The translations under genes and the position numbers were made by a program. A DNA stretch of 64,000 nt from an uncultured Anaerolineales bacterium (GTDB taxonomy: Bacteria > Chloroflexota > Anaerolineae > Anaerolineales > UBA11858): contig CAYVQU010000006.1 in NCBI GenBank assembly GCA_964453155.1, positions 5,059 to 69,058 on the forward strand. The letters run 5' to 3'. The stretch's first letter is position 1. Each line of letters begins with the position of its first letter. The notes under the pieces were generated by a model. It was not told where the DNA came from. It searched no databases and saw nothing but the letters and a program-made list of their open reading frames with translations. Shown piece by piece: positions 8,056 to 17,133 of the stretch.

Positions 8056-8086
8056 AAATAGTTTATTTTTGAGATTGGCAACCAAC

Positions 8087-8120
8087 AAAAAAGCAGAGAT
8101 CCCATGTCTCTGCTTTTTTT
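8087..8120. terminator. Intrinsic terminator after phaR (bidirectional shape)
   Basis: AAAAAAGCAGAGA-TCCCATG-TCTCTGCTTTTTTT. Confidence 0.85.
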
Positions 8121-8253
8121 GTGTTTCACTATTTCGGGCTATAGTAATCCGTCTCGAAAATACGCTAAATTAACTAGAATTGATTCAGGTTGCTTCACCC
8201 CTATGGGGTTCGCAATGACGTTAATCTAATTTGTTATGAGACTGACTACTTTA

Positions 8254-8363
8254 GCAGTTTTCGGAAAGAGTTTTGAAATAGAATATAAGTTCAAACCGAA
8301 AACTGCTAAGGTGTGGCGGTAGATTTTGCCAGTTTTACAAATAACCCAAACCGCCACACACTT
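8254..8363 (-). repeat. Dual-hairpin element family 1, copy C
   Basis: The minus strand reads (T)AAGTGTGTGGCGGTTTGGG..ACCGCCACACCTTAGCAGTTTTCGGTTTGAAC..TTTCCGAAAACTGC. Both stems are perfect (10 and 11 bp). It begins inside the TAA stop of the 8362..9060 gene. Confidence 0.85.
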
Positions 8364-9060
8364 AGGGGGTTTTAAGCATTCTTAGTGTGGCTTGAACCGT
8401 CGGGAGCAGGGATTTTTCATCTTTATCCGAGGGGGGGGCAAACGGCATACTGCGCTGGCCATTCATGCGAGATTCCAATCGGTCAGCTAATCTTTCCAAG
8501 GCGGATACCGCATCCAAAAAACCAACAATCCCGGTGAAATTGATGGCTTGGCGCCGAATTTCCAATGACAATTTGCGATCCAAAAATATTAAAGCCAGCG
8601 TACTCCCGGCAAATGAGCACACGTTCAGCACCGCGGCAACATCTGTCTCGGCGGAAGGATGGGCTTCCAAAATTTGAAGCAAACCATAAATCTTTCGGCG
8701 TCGCATCTGGGATAAATAGGGCGTTACAGCCTGGCGAATTTCACTCGGAGCGCCCCCGTTACCATTGCAGGCCCGCAGAACTTGTCCAACGGCCTGAACC
8801 GCCCGCAATCGCATGTCAATATCTTGATCTTCAATCCGAGTGGTCACCATATACGCCACCATCGGAGATATACAATGGGCGTCCAACTCAAAAATCTGAT
8901 CCATGGCTTGATGGCGCCGCTCTACTTGGGGAGAACTCAACAATTCAAGTGCATTCCAAATGGCCGGGAACAATTCACCAACCCGCTGAGACGGCTGCGA
9001 AATTTCAAATAACGTTGGTTGGGGTGATAGGGGCGCGGTACTCATGAAAGCAGTATACAA
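8362..9060 (-). CDS. Hypothetical helical-repeat (HEAT-like) protein
   Basis: 232-aa ORF with repeated helical-hairpin segments (..RLRAVQAVGQVL..). The family assignment is tentative. Confidence 0.45.
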   Translation of the reverse strand: MYTAFMSTAPLSPQPTLFEISQPSQRVGELFPAIWNALELLSSPQVERRHQAMDQIFELDAHCISPMVAYMVTTRIEDQDIDMRLRAVQAVGQVLRACNGNGGAPSEIRQAVTPYLSQMRRRKIYGLLQILEAHPSAETDVAAVLNVCSFAGSTLALIFLDRKLSLEIRRQAINFTGIVGFLDAVSALERLADRLESRMNGQRSMPFAPPSDKDEKSLLPTVQATLRMLKTP

Positions 9061-9329
9061 TAGAATTAACCCCTAAGCATGACACCATCATATTAATTTA
9101 AGCGGCGCGTAGGGTAATCGTCAGATAGAAACCCAAAAACAGGATAAAGAGGATAACGAGGATATGATTTTCGATTATGGGCCTCATTTTGGTTATCAGT
9201 TACAATCCTATTGTTGTTTGGATCATAATACCAATTTTGCGAAAATCGTGTCCACAATCCCATTTCACTGCGAAATTGCATGATTAATCCAGAATTGGTA
9301 TTTGTTTTTTGGAGCGCAGGACATTACAT

Positions 9330-11699
9330 ATGAATACATCCTGGAAGCAAGTGAGTGTTACCCTGAGTCGCGGATTAGGGCTATTTGATGTCACCATGAT
9401 CGGGGTTGGGGCAATGATTGGCGCGGGGATTTTCGGTCTTACCGGGATCGCGGCAGGTAAGGCGGGGCCAGTTGGGTTACTCATCGCTTTCTTTTTAAAC
9501 GGGGTTGTAACCCTGATGACGGGGTTATCCTATGCTGAGTTAGGGGCAGCCATCCCGGCGGCGGGCGGCGGTTATAGCTTCGTTCGAGAGGGGATGTCGC
9601 GATTTTGGGGTTTCACAGCGGGTTGGATTTCCTGGTTTAGCAATTCCGTGGCATGCAGCTTATATGCCGTCATTTTTGGGGCGTTTTTCATCGAATTATT
9701 AGGAGCATTTGGATTTCATTTTTCAACCCAAGCTGGATTCCTTAATTTGTCAGCCCTCCAATGGGCAGAAAAAATCGTCACGGTCCTGGTCGTCCTCATT
9801 TTTATTGCCATCAATACGCGCGGCGCGTCAGAAACCGGTGCGGTAGGCAATCTGATCACTTCCTTCAAAATTATTGTACTGATGTTCCTGGTCATTGCCG
9901 GGTTGATCGTCATGTTTGGATCGAATTCAAGTTGGGTCGCTAACTTTTCTAATCCAGCCCCAATTGACGGCAGCTATTCCGGCGGGGGCCTGCCAAAGGG
10001 CATAATGGGTATCTTCCTGGCGATGGGGCTGACCTTTGTGGCCTTTGAGGGGTATGAGATCATCGCTCAGAGTGGTGAAGAATTGATAAACCCCCAGCGA
10101 AATTTACCGCGGGCCATTTTCTACTCGATCGGCATTACAGTTGTCATTTATCTATTGGTCGCATTTGTCGCCATGGGCGCGCTCGTCCAAGATTCAGGTT
10201 TGCCAAATTGGTTGTATTTGGGAGCTGAGGGTGAGAAAGCAATGATTCGCACAGCCGATTCCATCATACCATTTGGAGTTGGGGCCATATTAATGATTTT
10301 GGGCGGCCTGGCTTCCACAACATCAGCCCTTAACGCCACAATTTACTCCAGCTCACGGGTATCCTTCGCAATGGGGCGCGGCAACGATTTACCAGCAATC
10401 TTCGGCCGAATCCATCCTCGCAACCGGACCCCGCATATCGCGATTTACACGAGTGGGGCCCTGATCATCTTTTTTGCTGCTGTGCTCCCCATCCAGGATG
10501 TTGCCAGCGGGGCCTCGCTAACTTTTTTACTCCTATTTTTATTGGTCAATATTTCGCTATTGCAATTGCGCAAAAATAAACCCGATCTACCGCGCGCCTT
10601 TCGGGTTCCTTTGGTCCCCTGGCTGCCAATTTTTGCCATCAGCATTCAGGCTCTCCTGGCATTAGCGCTATTAAATGTCAGTTGGATTGCCTGGGCCGCA
10701 GTAATTTTTTGGTTTTTGATTGGCGTAATTATTTATCAATCCATACGGCGGCGGGCGGAGGCGAAACTCGAAGCCGATACCATATTATTAGAAGAAACCA
10801 TCGCCCAACGCTCGTTTTCACTGCTCCTACCAGTCGCCATGCCCGCCCAAGCCCGTCAACTGGCTCGAATTGCAGCGGCGATCGCCTACCACAACGAGGG
10901 CGAAATCTTTGCGCTCCATGCCGTCCGGGTTCCCCCTCAACTCGGGTTGAGCGATGGCCGCAATTTTCTAAAACGCGGCCGCCCTTTGCTCGAAGAAGTG
11001 ATTGAAATCGGTCAGGAACACAACGTACCGGTGCGCACCCAATTGCGTCTGGGGCGCGATATTAGCCGCAGCATCATGGCCGCTGCCCAAGAGCGGCATG
11101 CCAATCTAATATTATTGGGCTGGCCCGGAACGAGCGAATCTCCCGGTTCAGTGTACGGTGGAATTATTGATCTGATTTCTACCAGTCCCCCTGCAGATTT
11201 GGCGGTGGTGCGGTTTGTACGGTTCGGCGCGCCGCAGCGCATCCTGGTTCCTGTGGTCCGAAATCGAAATTCAAAATTAGCTTTAGCGATCGCCCAATCG
11301 CAGGCTGGATATGCCTTCGATACGACCGGCCAACAGGTTGAAATTGTCGCGCTGCATCTGATCCCCCCTGAGATGAATGACAAAACCGCCGCACTTCGAC
11401 GTCAAAAACTACTTTCCGAGTTGTCCATCGATCCCGATCACATCTCGTTACAAATCACACCTTCCCACGATGTTCTGACGGACATTCTCAAATATTCAGA
11501 AGATTTCGATGAAATTGTAATTGGGGCGCCCGAAGAGCGACTGCTAGAACAAAAAATGTTCGGTTCTATCCCCCAAAATGTGGCCGAGGAAGCACTCATC
11601 AACGTGATCATGGTCAAACGTCATGATCCCATCAAGCACAAATTGATCGGCGAATGGATCGGAAAAGTACCCGCTAAGAAAAGTTACGGTCAGGATTAA
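9330..11699 (+). CDS. APC-family amino acid permease fused to two C-terminal universal stress protein (Usp) domains
   Basis: About 12 TM helices with GAGIFGLTG and FEGYE motifs. The C-terminal half has Usp-like modules (LLLPVAMPAQARQL.., RILVPVVRNRNSKLAL..). The ATG at 9330 is preferred; TTG at 9309 is possible. Confidence 0.8.
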   Translation: MNTSWKQVSVTLSRGLGLFDVTMIGVGAMIGAGIFGLTGIAAGKAGPVGLLIAFFLNGVVTLMTGLSYAELGAAIPAAGGGYSFVREGMSRFWGFTAGWISWFSNSVACSLYAVIFGAFFIELLGAFGFHFSTQAGFLNLSALQWAEKIVTVLVVLIFIAINTRGASETGAVGNLITSFKIIVLMFLVIAGLIVMFGSNSSWVANFSNPAPIDGSYSGGGLPKGIMGIFLAMGLTFVAFEGYEIIAQSGEELINPQRNLPRAIFYSIGITVVIYLLVAFVAMGALVQDSGLPNWLYLGAEGEKAMIRTADSIIPFGVGAILMILGGLASTTSALNATIYSSSRVSFAMGRGNDLPAIFGRIHPRNRTPHIAIYTSGALIIFFAAVLPIQDVASGASLTFLLLFLLVNISLLQLRKNKPDLPRAFRVPLVPWLPIFAISIQALLALALLNVSWIAWAAVIFWFLIGVIIYQSIRRRAEAKLEADTILLEETIAQRSFSLLLPVAMPAQARQLARIAAAIAYHNEGEIFALHAVRVPPQLGLSDGRNFLKRGRPLLEEVIEIGQEHNVPVRTQLRLGRDISRSIMAAAQERHANLILLGWPGTSESPGSVYGGIIDLISTSPPADLAVVRFVRFGAPQRILVPVVRNRNSKLALAIAQSQAGYAFDTTGQQVEIVALHLIPPEMNDKTAALRRQKLLSELSIDPDHISLQITPSHDVLTDILKYSEDFDEIVIGAPEERLLEQKMFGSIPQNVAEEALINVIMVKRHDPIKHKLIGEWIGKVPAKKSYGQD

Positions 11700-11704
11700 A
11701 AACA

Positions 11705-11788
11705 AACGCGGATAACGCTAAGTTACTGCGGATTCGCACGAATGATTGATCATCCGCGCAAATCCGCTTGAGGGGCATCATCCGCGTT
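11705..11788. repeat. Nested GCGGAT/ATCCGC inverted repeats between convergent transporter genes
   Basis: AACGCGGAT (11705-11713) pairs with ATCCGCGTT (11780-11788). Inner pairs GCGGATT/AATCCGC and GCGGAT/ATCCGC are also present. Probably a bidirectional terminator structure. Confidence 0.5.
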
Positions 11789-11796
11789 CGATTGAA

Positions 11797-14202
11797 TTAA
11801 GTTGGCTCCTCGGGCACCGGGACAAGTAATACTGGCCGGTCGGTTTTTTCGACGACCCGGTGGGCTTCGCTACCCATCATGAAGAGATCCATCCCACCCC
11901 GACCGCGAGACGTAATCATGATGAGATCGGCATCTTCCTCCTCACCTACTTCGACAATGCGGGTGGCCGGGCGATTACCTGACACCAACGTGCGGACATT
12001 AATACCTTCTTCCCGCAGTGAACGGGCCACCGCTTCGAGGAATTTCCCCATATTGACTTCAGCTTTGTACCGCAGTTTCTCAACCACATCAGCCGCGGCC
12101 CGATAATCTGTCACTTCGGGAACTTCAGGGACACTTAGCAAAACGAGCTCACTCCCAAAGGTTTTGGCCAACGCGCGAGCATAAGGCAAAACATACTCGG
12201 ATTTGATCGAACCATCTAAGGCGACCAAGATGCGATCAAATGTGGGTGTTTTACCATTTACGGCTTTGACTAATAAAATCGGAATATCCAATTTTTCTGC
12301 GAGTTTACGGGAGACCCCGCCAGTCAACCAATGTTGGGAGCCAGAGCGGCCGCGGGTCGTCGTAATGACCATATCGATCTCGGACTCATCCACCAATTTT
12401 CTCGTTGCCTCGGCAATGGAACCGGGTTGGACGAGGTAATCTAGTTTCAGATCATCAGCTTGTAGTTCTCGTTCAACATCCTTAAGATACAATTCACGCG
12501 CATTTTTCGTATCTTCATATTGTTCTTCCAGGGTCGGCGTATCGATTTTGACGGACGAGAACAATGTCAAATGGGCCTTGGTTGTTTTGGCAACCGTTTT
12601 TGTAATAGGCAAAGCTTGAGCAGCAAAATAAGAACCATCCAACAGCACTGCCAGCTGGTTGATTTCTTTACGTTCTCCCCGCCAACGACTGCGTTCAATG
12701 GGTTCAGCCTGCCAGGTGACTTCCACCGGTCGCGCCCCCATTTCTGCAGTAGCAAGCGCGGCCGGTTCAGCCTGCCCAAATCCAAACCCGGCCAATTGAG
12801 CCGCATCGAGCTGCCCCAGGTAATCGTCCTCGGGAGTTGGATCGCCCAATTTCTGGCGGGAATAGGTAAACATCCAGTAAAGGATGGGTATGAGGACTAA
12901 GTAAGTCCAGGCTCCCTCAAAGAAGCGCTCTTCAAAGATGATGGCCGTCGCGCCCGTTGTCAGAATCGCAGCGAAGATTGTTCCAAATATCAGGGCTAAT
13001 TTTCCAATCGAAAATGCTTCCCGAACTTCACGGATCAAACGTTTGGTTACGGCCCAGCCTGTCATGCTCAACAAAATGAAGACTCCCGCGGCATAAATTG
13101 CCAGGTAGGTTTCTTCATGGGTTCCAAAAAGCAAGAAACAAACCGCCACAATCGCAACCTCTAACCAGACCGGCATATCCGCGACGCCAAACTTATTCCG
13201 CTGACTGAAGATCGGTGGAACATATCGGCGGCGTCCCAAACCTAAGGCCAGGTTTTGGAGACCTTGCGCACTGGCTGCCGAAGCGGACATGAGAACCGCG
13301 ATCCCTACCAGGGTACCCAGCATCGGTAAAGGAGCTGGGAGGAGTTGATCCATCGTTTGGGTAAACACCGAAACATGAGGATCATTTACATCGGCCAACT
13401 GGAAAATCGCCGGCCCTACAATGATCATGGTAACCCCGGTAGTTCCCATGATAATCAATAAACTATTGAAAGCTTTCTTACTTTTTTGGATGGCGTCGCC
13501 ATCGTACGCAGCAACCAAATTTGCGAAGACCTCGATCCCCGTCATAACAGCCAGAATGCGAACATAACCACCAATGGTGAACTCCAAATGTTCTAAGTTG
13601 AAGGCTTGTAAGTTAAAATCCGGCAAATGAAAGCCAAATTTGACAATGGTGGCAATGACCATCGCCCACAGGAGTAACAAAACCCCCGCGGTTGCCGGAC
13701 CAAAGGCTCGGGCTGCCATTTTGGGGCCGCGATTCACTAACCATCCAGTCAAGACACTTAAGACAATTGCGACGATCGTCCGGTATTGAATCCACAGAAT
13801 TTTGTTGTTAAGCACTGGAAGTCGGTCGGCAATAAATGTCACCATCGCGGCCATGCTGACCAAGAATGTCAGCGTATACTCGATAAACGTTATCGCCGCA
13901 TTGACTTTGACCGCCCAAGCGCCAAACTCTTCTTCACTGAGACCACTACCACCACTGCCATCGGTCACCCAGCGCATGACCAGGCGGTACATGGCAGAAA
14001 CAACAGCAATCGTGATGATCACCATCCAGATGGAGGCCCCAAAAGTGACTTGGGCTACACCAGCAACAATGATCAATTTCAAAAACGGACCAAAAACATA
14101 CAAAGGCGAGGTTGCGGGATCACCGCCGCCCGCAAGCGCGCCTTCAAAAGAATTCGATAATTTGTGGGATACGTGCGCCACGATGTTTTTCCTTTCAATC
14201 AA
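11797..14202 (-). CDS. APC-superfamily transporter fused to tandem Usp domains
   Basis: 801 aa. The multi-TM N-terminal half contains GGGDPATSPLYVFGPF. Two Usp modules follow (LAVLLDGSYFAAQAL.., RILVALDGSIKSEYVL..). Start is uncertain: TTG at 14202, or GTG at 14181 with an AGGA RBS. Confidence 0.75.
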   Translation of the reverse strand: MIERKNIVAHVSHKLSNSFEGALAGGGDPATSPLYVFGPFLKLIIVAGVAQVTFGASIWMVIITIAVVSAMYRLVMRWVTDGSGGSGLSEEEFGAWAVKVNAAITFIEYTLTFLVSMAAMVTFIADRLPVLNNKILWIQYRTIVAIVLSVLTGWLVNRGPKMAARAFGPATAGVLLLLWAMVIATIVKFGFHLPDFNLQAFNLEHLEFTIGGYVRILAVMTGIEVFANLVAAYDGDAIQKSKKAFNSLLIIMGTTGVTMIIVGPAIFQLADVNDPHVSVFTQTMDQLLPAPLPMLGTLVGIAVLMSASAASAQGLQNLALGLGRRRYVPPIFSQRNKFGVADMPVWLEVAIVAVCFLLFGTHEETYLAIYAAGVFILLSMTGWAVTKRLIREVREAFSIGKLALIFGTIFAAILTTGATAIIFEERFFEGAWTYLVLIPILYWMFTYSRQKLGDPTPEDDYLGQLDAAQLAGFGFGQAEPAALATAEMGARPVEVTWQAEPIERSRWRGERKEINQLAVLLDGSYFAAQALPITKTVAKTTKAHLTLFSSVKIDTPTLEEQYEDTKNARELYLKDVERELQADDLKLDYLVQPGSIAEATRKLVDESEIDMVITTTRGRSGSQHWLTGGVSRKLAEKLDIPILLVKAVNGKTPTFDRILVALDGSIKSEYVLPYARALAKTFGSELVLLSVPEVPEVTDYRAAADVVEKLRYKAEVNMGKFLEAVARSLREEGINVRTLVSGNRPATRIVEVGEEEDADLIMITSRGRGGMDLFMMGSEAHRVVEKTDRPVLLVPVPEEPT

Positions 14203-14270
14203 TAGGCGAAAAATGACGCCGAGGGGTCCCGGCGTATTATCCTAATTATGCCTGTTAAAACCTAAATGGG

Positions 14271-14382
14271 CAAGTGGGTTGGGCGGATTGGTGTCACTTC
14301 AAAACGTAATCACCTTTTCCGCCCAGCCTTGGCAATTTCCGGTTCAACGCGATTTTCATATCCAGGATATTTCCGAAAATTG
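14271..14382 (+). repeat. Dual-hairpin element family 1, copy G
   Basis: AAGTGGGTTGGGCGGATTGG..TTCCGCCCAGCCTTGGCAATTTCCGGTTCAAC..TTTCCGAAAATTGC. Stems are maintained with compensatory changes. Confidence 0.75.
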
Positions 14383-14504
14383 CACTAGATTTTTACGAAA
14401 AGAATACCATGATTGCTGCCAGTGTAAATGACACCTTCACAACAGAAAAATATAGATTCATACAATTCTGCAATGTAGATATTAATGTCGAGTTACACTT
14501 CTTC

Positions 14505-14548
14505 TGTTATAATCTCGGCCGGCCGATGGTTGGTGAAATTTTTCACGA
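14505..14548 (+). promoter_or_regulatory. Extended -10 (TGTTATAAT) plus GTGAA-N4-TTCAC palindrome upstream of DUF485-actP
   Basis: TGT-TATAAT at 14505-14513. TGGTGAAATTTTTCACGA at 14531-14548 matches 12 of 14 positions of the Rex-type consensus TTGTGAA-N4-TTCACAA, and is also CRP-like (GTGA-N6-TCAC). Confidence 0.4.
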
Positions 14549-14811
14549 AAAACCAACTTCTCAAGGGTCAGATTTCTATTTCGTGGAGCAACTCACCATA
14601 ACTTACCGCCGCTAAATTCACCCAATCCCCTCGCACCCATTTGGATTTCTGTTATTCAACACTGAATATCAGCGCGTATTCAGGCGGTAATCCATCCGGG
14701 AAAAAACAATGTCAATTATCACTACAGTGAAACTGAGATTGCTACGATTTCTTCCTAATCAATTTCGGGTTTTCTAACTTACTGTGGTCTTTATTTTTGA
14801 AGGAGAATGCA

Positions 14812-15102
14812 ATGCTTCATAAACCAGCCGAATCCAGCGGCATCGATCATGCCGAGGGATACAAAACTAAACTTGGTTTGCGGATGTTCGCCATTTACGG
14901 CCTCGTCTACGCCGGATTTGTACTCATCAATATCATCAAACCGGTCCTGATGGAGACCATCGTCGTGTTCGGGCTGAATCTCGCTGTGGTTTACGGGTTC
15001 GGGTTGATCATCCTGGCCCTGATCATGGCGGTAGTTTACAACCAAATGTGTGTACGGCAAGAAAAATTGCTCAACACTGATGAAAATGGAGGGCAGGCCT
15101 AA
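14812..15102 (+). CDS. DUF485 inner-membrane protein (YjcH-like, ActP partner)
   Basis: Two-TM small protein immediately upstream of actP. AAGGAG RBS at 14800-14805. Confidence 0.75.
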   Translation: MLHKPAESSGIDHAEGYKTKLGLRMFAIYGLVYAGFVLINIIKPVLMETIVVFGLNLAVVYGFGLIILALIMAVVYNQMCVRQEKLLNTDENGGQA

Positions 15103-15104
15103 TC

Positions 15105-17036
15105 ATGGAAGTTTTACCGGTTGTTCTCTTCTTATTCTTTGTCGGTCTGGTTCTCGGACTGTCGTTTTATTTTGCCCGCAAAGCCAAATCGGCTGAGGGC
15201 TATTTTGCTGCCGGCGGCACCATCCACTGGGCCGTCAACGGGATCGCTTTCGCCGGAGATTATCTCTCTGCGGCCTCTTTCCTAGGAATTTGTGGAATGA
15301 TCGCCACTTTGGGTTACGATGGTTTCCTGTACTCCATCGGTTACCTGGCTGGGTGGATCGTGGCCCTGTTTGTGGTTTCCGAACCAATGAAGCGTCTCGG
15401 CAAATATACCTTCGCCGATGCTTTGGATGCCAAGTTCAATTCCCGGAGTTTGCGGTTGGCCGCGGCCATCAGCACGCTCATCGTCTCTTTGTTTTACCTG
15501 ATCCCCCAGATGGTCGGCGCGGGCGTTTTGGTCACCCCGCTCCTGGGGCTGCCCCACGCCGCAGGCGTCATCATGGTGGGTGCGATCGTGATTGCCATCG
15601 TTGCCACCGCCGGGATGACATCGACCACCTACGTCCAATTCTTGAAGGGTGGTCTGCTGATCATCTTCTCGTCTATTTTGGTAGCCGCTGTCTGTATTCG
15701 TGGGATCAAAACAGCTCCCGATCAGGGTGGCAATGTTCCCTTCCATGAATTCGCAACCCTGCCCGCCATCGAAACTGATGGTCAGATCGCGGTCGAATCG
15801 AGTGACTACGAAGTCGTCAGCCAACAAATTTATAAAGGGACAACTTTCGTCGCTCTGACGGAAGGCGAATCTACTAGTTGGTGGAAAGTCGAAACTGCGG
15901 CCGATGATACAGTGATGCTCCGAGAATCCCAAAACGTCACTACCCGCACCGATGGCTCCAAATGGATCAACGGGGCCCCCGCCTCAGATGAAAATCAACT
16001 CATCCCGGTGGGCAATATGAGCCAGATCGATGGCAAAACTGGCCCCGAAGCCGATACCGGCAGTGTGGGCATCTTTGGCTTACTCGCCAGTATCAACTCA
16101 CCTGACAGCACCATCGAAATGTGGAAAAAAGCCAGTTTTGAAGAAAATGGCGAAAGTGTGACGGTTTATTATCCCCAATCGATCACTGGAAACCTGTTCA
16201 TGCGGCCAGGTTTGAAGTTTAAGGTTGAAGGTTCCCTGGTTGAACGGGTTGATTTTGTTTCATTGATGCTGGCCCTCTTCTTCGGGACTGCGGCCCTACC
16301 CCACGTCCTGATCCGCTATTACACCGTCCCCAGCCCGGCTGCCGCCCGCAAATCGACCATCGTCGCGATTGCGGCCATTGGGTTCTTTTACATTCTGACC
16401 CTCTACATGGGCCTAGGTGCTATGATCAATGGGGTTCTAAACCCAGCCGAGAGTAACATGTCGGCCCCACTGCTGGCTCGATCCTTTGGCGTTTTCCTGT
16501 TTGCCGTAATTTCCGCGATTGCCTTTGCCACCGTTTTGGGAACCGTCAGTGGCTTGATCGTTGCGGCCTCCGGCGCCGTCGCCCACGATTTCATGGATAT
16601 GTTCATGAAAATCAAAATGAGTGACAAGCAGAAAGTGCTGGCGGGGAAAATCTCCGCCGTTGTCGTTGGGGTAATCGCCATCATTTTGGGGATCGTCTTC
16701 GAAGGGATGAACGTATCCTTCCTGGTCGGCTGGGCCTTCGCGGTGGCCGCCTCGGCCAACCTCCCCTCGATCATCATGGTGCTGTTCTGGAAGAAAACCA
16801 CCTCCCAAGGTGTAGTCGCTTCTGTCTTTGTCGGGATCGTCGCCGCGTTGGGCATCATCCTGATATCCCCCGATATGTACGTCCGCTACGGCTTGGATGC
16901 AGCCAGTGCTCCACTGCGATTTGGCCAACCCGGGCTTATTTCAATTCCGCTGAGCTTCATCGCGTTGATTGTGGTTTCGTTGGTAACTCAAAAGCAGGTT
17001 TCCCCCGAAGTTGTCGCAGCCGGTATCGCAGATTAA
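15105..17036 (+). CDS. actP: Cation/acetate symporter ActP (SSF family) with a large hydrophilic insertion
   Basis: Motifs AGGTIHWAVNGIAFAGDYLSAASFLG and GTAALPHVLIRYYT. Paired with DUF485. 643 aa. Confidence 0.85.
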   Translation: MEVLPVVLFLFFVGLVLGLSFYFARKAKSAEGYFAAGGTIHWAVNGIAFAGDYLSAASFLGICGMIATLGYDGFLYSIGYLAGWIVALFVVSEPMKRLGKYTFADALDAKFNSRSLRLAAAISTLIVSLFYLIPQMVGAGVLVTPLLGLPHAAGVIMVGAIVIAIVATAGMTSTTYVQFLKGGLLIIFSSILVAAVCIRGIKTAPDQGGNVPFHEFATLPAIETDGQIAVESSDYEVVSQQIYKGTTFVALTEGESTSWWKVETAADDTVMLRESQNVTTRTDGSKWINGAPASDENQLIPVGNMSQIDGKTGPEADTGSVGIFGLLASINSPDSTIEMWKKASFEENGESVTVYYPQSITGNLFMRPGLKFKVEGSLVERVDFVSLMLALFFGTAALPHVLIRYYTVPSPAAARKSTIVAIAAIGFFYILTLYMGLGAMINGVLNPAESNMSAPLLARSFGVFLFAVISAIAFATVLGTVSGLIVAASGAVAHDFMDMFMKIKMSDKQKVLAGKISAVVVGVIAIILGIVFEGMNVSFLVGWAFAVAASANLPSIIMVLFWKKTTSQGVVASVFVGIVAALGIILISPDMYVRYGLDAASAPLRFGQPGLISIPLSFIALIVVSLVTQKQVSPEVVAAGIAD

Positions 17037-17059
17037 CTTTTTTCGCAGAACAAAAACCA

Positions 17060-17094
17060 GGAACCCGGTTGCTTGAAGCAACCGGGTTCCTTTG
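17060..17094. terminator. Bidirectional terminator between actP and tal
   Basis: GGAACCCGGTTGC-TTGAA-GCAACCGGGTTCC: a 13-bp stem flanked by an A-run and TTTGTT. Confidence 0.8.
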
Positions 17095-17133
17095 TTAATC
17101 GCTTGTGAAAATTAATGCTATTCGTGGTTGAGA

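Noticed and set aside
9093-9281. A 62-aa ORF (minus strand) in the gap between the HEAT-like gene and the permease.
   Set aside because: It has no RBS and no recognisable motif. Its composition (Asn/Tyr/Arg-rich) looks like translated AT-rich intergenic DNA. I have not annotated it, though a small protein cannot be excluded.
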